Below the pieces are notes generated by a model, which did not search any database, had not been told where the DNA came from, and was given only the letters and a program-made list of their open reading frames with translations. The translations under genes were made by a program, and so were the position numbers. Of a stretch of 38,920 nt of DNA, positions 34,530 through 38,920 are shown in pieces; position 1 is the first letter of the stretch; every line of letters starts with the position of its first letter. This DNA comes from a virus. Its lineage: Duplodnaviria; Caudoviricetes. Location: positions 1 to 38,920 of IMG/VR virus record IMGVR_UViG_3300032155_000032, one strand, 5' to 3'.

Positions 34530-34593
34530 TGCGAAACCGCCCCGGATCGGGGCGGTCGTCCAGGCGTGGCGGCCTGGGCCTGACGAGCAGCCA
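34530..34593 (+). ncRNA. Type II hammerhead ribozyme
   Basis: GAAA core (34533-36), stem III (34536-44/34548-56), GUC cleavage triplet (34555-57), stem I (34558-65/34572-79), CUGACGA core (34580-86), stem II (34530-32/34587-89) and a loop I UGGC:GCCA pseudoknot. Confidence 0.92.
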
Positions 34594-34605
34594 ACGGAGG
34601 GCGGC

Positions 34606-34890
34606 ATGAAATCGCGCCTGGTACTGGCAGGGGAAACGGACGGCGGCACACCGATGCTGTACATGGAACGAGGGTTCAAACGCTGCGTGGCGGCGCGGAA
34701 AGACATGCCGGTCTCGATGACGGAAAGAGCCAAAGGCTGCGCCACGATGCTGACGCAACTCGGATTGCGCCCAGTCCGGTTCCGCGCCCGCAGCCACACC
34801 ACCGGCCCCTGCATCTGTCCGGGGTGCGACAGGATATGCGATCTCCCACTGGGGATTGCGGCAGGCCAGGAATTCGAGGTCTGGGTATGA
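34606..34890 (+). CDS. Hypothetical protein with a CxCxxCxxxC cluster
   Basis: GGAGG RBS; ATGA overlap with the gemA-like gene. Confidence 0.55.
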   Translation: MKSRLVLAGETDGGTPMLYMERGFKRCVAARKDMPVSMTERAKGCATMLTQLGLRPVRFRARSHTTGPCICPGCDRICDLPLGIAAGQEFEVWV

Positions 34891-35546
34891 TCTCGAAAGG
34901 CGACGCCTACCGCAACAAGCTGGTCCAGCTCATCCACGTGGCCAAGAAGGATCTCGGCCTCGATGACGACGCGTACCGCGCCGTGCTGCGCGAGCAGACA
35001 GGGGCCGAGACCACCAGCCATCTGGGCATCAAGGGCCTCGAAAAGGTTCTGGACCACATGCAGGCCCGCGGCTTCGTGATCCGCGCCAGGCCCAAGGGCA
35101 AGGCGGCTCCGCTCAAGCGCGAGCCCATCCACGACAGCGACGAGCAGATCCGCAAGATCCGCAGTCTCTGGCTGGAGCTGCGCGACATGGGCGTTCTGCG
35201 CGACTCGTCCGAGGCCGCTCTCAACAATTACTGCGCGCGCATTACCGGCATCGCGCGCCTGGACTGGGTGCCCACGACCACGCGGTTGAGCCAAATCATT
35301 GAGACGCTGAAGAAGTGGGTAGAGCGGGAAGCGAGGAAGCAAGAAGAAGCGCTGATCCGCCAGCTCTGGGTCGAGCTGGCCGCGCTCGGTCGCGTCAGCC
35401 CCGGTGATGCGGCGTTGGATGCGTTTGTGGCCCGCACGTTCTATGGCACCCCCCTCCACGCCCTGTCCCTGAAAGACATGCGGACCACTGGCGGCCACAG
35501 CGGACTGATTCTGCGGCTGAAGGAGTTGCGCGATGGCGATGGATAA
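34887..35546 (+). CDS. gemA: GemA / Mu gp16 (DUF1018-like) protein
   Basis: LIHVAKKDLGLDDDAYRAVL, KIRSLWLEL, SEAALNNY and IIETLKKW motifs, with an extra C-terminal repeat. Confidence 0.85.
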   Translation: MISKGDAYRNKLVQLIHVAKKDLGLDDDAYRAVLREQTGAETTSHLGIKGLEKVLDHMQARGFVIRARPKGKAAPLKREPIHDSDEQIRKIRSLWLELRDMGVLRDSSEAALNNYCARITGIARLDWVPTTTRLSQIIETLKKWVEREARKQEEALIRQLWVELAALGRVSPGDAALDAFVARTFYGTPLHALSLKDMRTTGGHSGLILRLKELRDGDG

Positions 35547-35886
35547 GGCCAACCTCGGTCGCGAACTGCTCCAAGATCTGGAGGCCAAGCTGGCCGACCA
35601 GCTCGGCAGCCACGTCGGCCAGGATCGCGCCCAGGTCATCGCGCGCACGGTCACCCACAGCGTCGCCACCGACTGGGCTGGCCAGATGCTCTACATCCCC
35701 AACTCGCTCGCCAAGGACGCGGCGCGCGCGGCGCGAAACGCCAAGATTTACGACGAGTTCACCGGGGACAATCAGCCCGATCTGGCGCGACGGTACAACC
35801 TGTCGGTGCACGCCATCTACCGCATCATCGCCGCCGAGCGAGAGCGGCGCATGCCGCGTCCGCTGCGGCTGCCTGGAGTCGGATGA
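35533..35886 (+). CDS. Mor/C-family transcription activator
   Basis: WAGQMLYIP...RNAKIYDEFTGDN..LARRYNLS...IYRII motif. Confidence 0.9.
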   Translation: MAMDKANLGRELLQDLEAKLADQLGSHVGQDRAQVIARTVTHSVATDWAGQMLYIPNSLAKDAARAARNAKIYDEFTGDNQPDLARRYNLSVHAIYRIIAAERERRMPRPLRLPGVG

Positions 35887-37304
35887 TGTCCCGCAGCACC
35901 GGACAATCCGAGCAGCGCGCGGCGTCCGATCTGACCCGCCAGGTGCCGCATGACCTGTACGCCGAGCAGGCCGTTCTGGGCGGTGTGCTCATGTCCAACC
36001 GGGCATTCCCGGCCCTGGTCGAGATCCTGCGCGAGGACGATTTTTACTCCCCGGCGCACCGCCTGATCTGGCGCGCGATGGCCTCGCTGGACCGCGATTC
36101 GCAGCCCATCGACCTGCTCACCGTGGCCGACCGGCTGGCCACGCACGGCAAGGGCGGCACGTCATGCCTGGACGCTGCGGGCGGTCGGGCCTACCTGGGT
36201 GAGCTGGCGGCGGCCATCGTGCCCTCGGCCAACGCCGAGTACTTCGCGCGCCGCGTGCGTGATCTCTCCATGCAACGCGGCCTCATCGCCGCAGCGGCAG
36301 GGATCATCGAGCGCGGCTACGCAAAGGGCGTGGACGTCGAGCGCCTGATTGACGAGTCCGAGCAGGCCATCATGCAGGTGGCCGAGCGCAGATCCTCCGA
36401 CGGCGCGATCCACGACGCCAAAGGGCTCGTGGATATGGTGTTCCGCAACCTGGAGCTGGCCGCGCAGCGTCATGAGATGATCACCGGCGTGGACACCGGA
36501 TACACGCGGCTCAACGAGTACCTGGCGGGCTTCCAGCGCTCGGACCTGATCATCATCGCGGCCCGCCCCTCCATGGGCAAGACCGCCTTCGCCCTGAACC
36601 TGTGCCTCAACGCGGCCACCAGGGCCGTGGACGAGACGCCCGTGGTCGTCTTCTCCCTGGAGATGAGCAAGGAGCAGCTCATGGCGCGCCTCATGTGCGT
36701 GCAGGCAGAGGTGGATCTGTCGCGCTTCCGGCGCGGCTACCTGGACGACGGCGACTGGGCCAAGCTCTTCGACGCGGCAAACGTGCTCGGCCGCGCACCC
36801 ATATTTATAGATGACACCCCGGCGCTGTCCGTACTGGAGCTGCGCGCCCGCTGCCGCCGCCTCAAGAAGGAGAAGGGGCTTGGCATGGTCGTGGTCGACT
36901 ACCTGCAACTCATGCGTGCCAGCCGCCACATCGACTCGCGCGAGCAGGAAATCTCCGACATCTCGCGCAACCTGAAAGCCTTGGCCAAGGAGCTGGACAT
37001 CCCGGTCATCGCGCTCTCCCAGCTCAACCGCAAGGTCGAGGAGCGCTCCAACCGGCGGCCCATGCTCTCGGACCTGCGCGAATCCGGCGCGATCGAGCAG
37101 GACGCGGACGTGATCATGTTCATCTACCGCGACGAGGTCTACAACAAGGAATCTCCGGACAAGGGCATCGCCGAGATCATCCTCGGCAAGCAGCGCAACG
37201 GCCCCATCGGTGACGTCCGACTCGCCTTCATCGGCCCCTGCACCAAGTTCGGCGACCTGGCCTTCATCCCCGATCCCAACGAGGCTCCCAATGAAGCTCT
37301 TTGA
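35883..37304 (+). CDS. dnaB: Replicative DNA helicase DnaB, phage-borne and full length
   Basis: AEQAVLG, AARPSMGKT, FSLEM, VVDYLQL, LSQLNR, DLRESGAIEQDAD and KQRNGP motifs. Confidence 0.95.
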   Translation: MMSRSTGQSEQRAASDLTRQVPHDLYAEQAVLGGVLMSNRAFPALVEILREDDFYSPAHRLIWRAMASLDRDSQPIDLLTVADRLATHGKGGTSCLDAAGGRAYLGELAAAIVPSANAEYFARRVRDLSMQRGLIAAAAGIIERGYAKGVDVERLIDESEQAIMQVAERRSSDGAIHDAKGLVDMVFRNLELAAQRHEMITGVDTGYTRLNEYLAGFQRSDLIIIAARPSMGKTAFALNLCLNAATRAVDETPVVVFSLEMSKEQLMARLMCVQAEVDLSRFRRGYLDDGDWAKLFDAANVLGRAPIFIDDTPALSVLELRARCRRLKKEKGLGMVVVDYLQLMRASRHIDSREQEISDISRNLKALAKELDIPVIALSQLNRKVEERSNRRPMLSDLRESGAIEQDADVIMFIYRDEVYNKESPDKGIAEIILGKQRNGPIGDVRLAFIGPCTKFGDLAFIPDPNEAPNEAL

Positions 37305-37575
37305 CTCCAGGGTACATGGCAACATGGGAGCAATAAGGACCGCAGCCAGGGACCACGCTTTTGTAGGCGGTCTTGCGCTTTACGTTTTTCCGGGGCACAA
37401 CCGGGCCGACGGTTTACTGATGTCGCTCAGCCTGGAGCAGCTTCATGAGGTTGCAATCCACTGCGGAGCGCGGCCGTTCATCAAAGAGCAAGACGGCCTC
37501 CACCACCTGGCGCTGTGGGGCCGTCCGCTCGATCAGGCGATCTGGATGTGCAGGCGCGAGGAGTGGGGATGGTAG
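37291..37575 (+). CDS. Hypothetical protein, last phage gene
   Basis: ATG at 37291 after GAGG, overlapping the end of dnaB. Confidence 0.5.
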   Translation: MKLFDSRVHGNMGAIRTAARDHAFVGGLALYVFPGHNRADGLLMSLSLEQLHEVAIHCGARPFIKEQDGLHHLALWGRPLDQAIWMCRREEWGW

Positions 37576-37584
37576 CCGCGTTTT

Positions 37585-37697
37585 CGTTTCACTATGTGCA
37601 ACGCCGTTTCATTCCGATCCGTCCCGACTCATCCCGACTCGTCCCGGATCATCCCATTTATCGCGCCGCTCTCCCCTAGTTTTAACGACCGTGATCA
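37585..37697. repeat. Prophage right end: CGTTTCAYT x2, 10-bp periodic repeats and terminal CA
   Basis: CGTTTCACT (37585) and CGTTTCATT (37605); attccgatcc gtcccgactc atcccgactc gtcccggatc atccc (37611-37655); ends ...gtgatCA at 37697. Confidence 0.7.
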
Positions 37698-38920
37698 GGC
37701 GCGGCCAGGGCCGCCTCCTCGGCGCTTTCCCTGGTCTTGGCCGCGAGGTTGGCGCGGGCCAGGGCGATGCGCACCTCCTGCGGCAGGTGGCGGGCGTAGA
37801 GCATCTGCGATTGTCCGGCGGCGTGGAAGGCCGCCTCGACCACGCCGAAGAGTTCGCGCACGTTGCCCGGCCAGGAGTAGGCGGCCAGGGCGTCGAAGAA
37901 CTCCGGGTCGTAGCGTTTGGGCGGCAGGCCCGCCTGCTCGCACAGGGCGGCGATGTGGTACATGGTCAGGAGCTTGATGTCCTGGGTGCGTTCGCGCAGG
38001 GCGGGCAGAAGGATGACGAAGGTCTTGAGCCGGAAGTAGAGGTCCTGGCGGAAGGCCCCCTCCTCCACCATCTCCTCCAGGTCGCGGTTGGTGGCCGCGA
38101 TCAGCCGGAAGTCGCTGGACTCCTCGCGCACCCCTCCCACGGGCCTGAAGCGGCGTTCCTGCAGCACGCGCAAAAAGGCCTTCTGCAAGGAAAGGGTCAT
38201 CTCGCCCACCTCGTCCAGGAAGAGGGTGCCGCCGTTGGCCAGGGCCACCAGGCCCGTGCGGTCCGAGGTCGCGCCGGTGAAGGAGCCCTTCTTGTGGCCG
38301 AAGAGGGCGCTCTCCACGAGGTTCTCGGTGAGCGAGGCGCAGTCGATGACCACGAAGGGGCCGCCGCGGCGTTCGGAATTGGCGTGCACCGTGCGCGCCA
38401 CCAACTCCTTGCCCGTGCCGGTCTCGCCGCAGATGAGCACGGGCGCGGCGGTGCGCGCGGCGCGGCCGATCTCCTCGTAGCAGGCCTTCATGCGCGGCGA
38501 GAGGCCGACCACGCCCTCCAGGTCCAGTTCCGCCGGGGCTTGGGCCGAAAGCTTCTCCTGGCGGTAGCGCAACGCCCGCTCCAGGGAGAGCATGGTGCCC
38601 TGGATGGGGGTGGGCTTGACCAGATAGTCCCAGACGCCCTCCTGGATGGCCAGCTCCGCGCCGTCCGGGTCGCCCTGGCCGGTGAGGATGATGACCTCCG
38701 GGGCCTCCCGCAGGGCCTTGATGCGCGGCAGGGCGTCCAGCCCGTTGCCGTCGGGCAGGCGGATGTCCAGGAAGACCACGTCCACCCCGCCGTGGGCGAT
38801 CTCCTCCATGCCCAGGGAGAGGGTCGGGGCGAGCACGGCGCTGTGCCCCATGCGCTCGATGACCCGGCGCATGGTCTCCAGGATGCGTTCGTCGTCGTCG
38901 ATGACCAGGACCGTGCTCAT
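37682..38920 (-). pseudogene. Host NtrC-family sigma-54 response regulator, 3'-truncated by the prophage
   Basis: REC domain (IDDD, FLDIRLPD), [22 protein letters not shown] and WPGNVREL are present. There is no C-terminal Fis-type HTH, and the last residues (DHGR*) are read from the phage end. Confidence 0.8.

Larger units (their letters stand above)
1..37697. mobile_element. Mu-like transposable prophage with B3/BcepMu-type divergent layout; left end outside the window
   Basis: Contains DDE transposase, MuB-like ATPase, Gam, GemA, Mor and DUF3486 genes plus a full head, tail and lysis set. No integrase or att site seen. Ends in CA at 37696-37697 inside a host gene. Confidence 0.93.

Noticed and set aside
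37611-37655. 10-bp periodic repeats as a possible CRISPR array or iteron origin
   Set aside because: No spacers, units too short, no cas or rep gene. Better explained as a phage-end feature.

Overview
Almost the whole window (1 to about 37697) is one transposable, Mu-like prophage. The host looks like a GC-rich Desulfovibrionales-type organism, an inference from the character of the DnaB, HU and sigma-54 regulator proteins. The layout is B3/BcepMu-style. A central S24-type repressor sits at about 25.4-26.2 kb. A rightward early operon runs Ner-like, CII-like, Rha, IclR-HTH, DUF3102-like, DDE transposase, MuB-like ATPase, Gam, HU, GemA, Mor and DnaB to a terminal CA at 37697. A leftward late operon runs lysis, Mu gp25/26/27-like genes, terminase, head, contractile tail, tail fibres and a D12 adenine methylase. 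The prophage has inserted into a host NtrC-family sigma-54 regulator and truncated it; its left end lies outside the window. The most notable observations are: (1) the virion module is not Mu-type but a DUF1073/DUF2213/DUF2184/DUF3383 myovirus module joined to Mu-type replication and terminase-small genes; (2) a MuF head protein is fused to a DUF6883-like C-terminal domain and followed by a DUF4926-like gene, a candidate virion-delivered toxin-immunity pair; (3) a complete type II hammerhead ribozyme lies in the early operon; (4) the phage carries a full DnaB; (5) two late promoters share one architecture, and there are a structured RNA leader before the methylase, a -1 frameshift site and palindromes inside DNA-binding-protein genes. 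All family names come from recognising motifs and gene order by eye, not from database searches.
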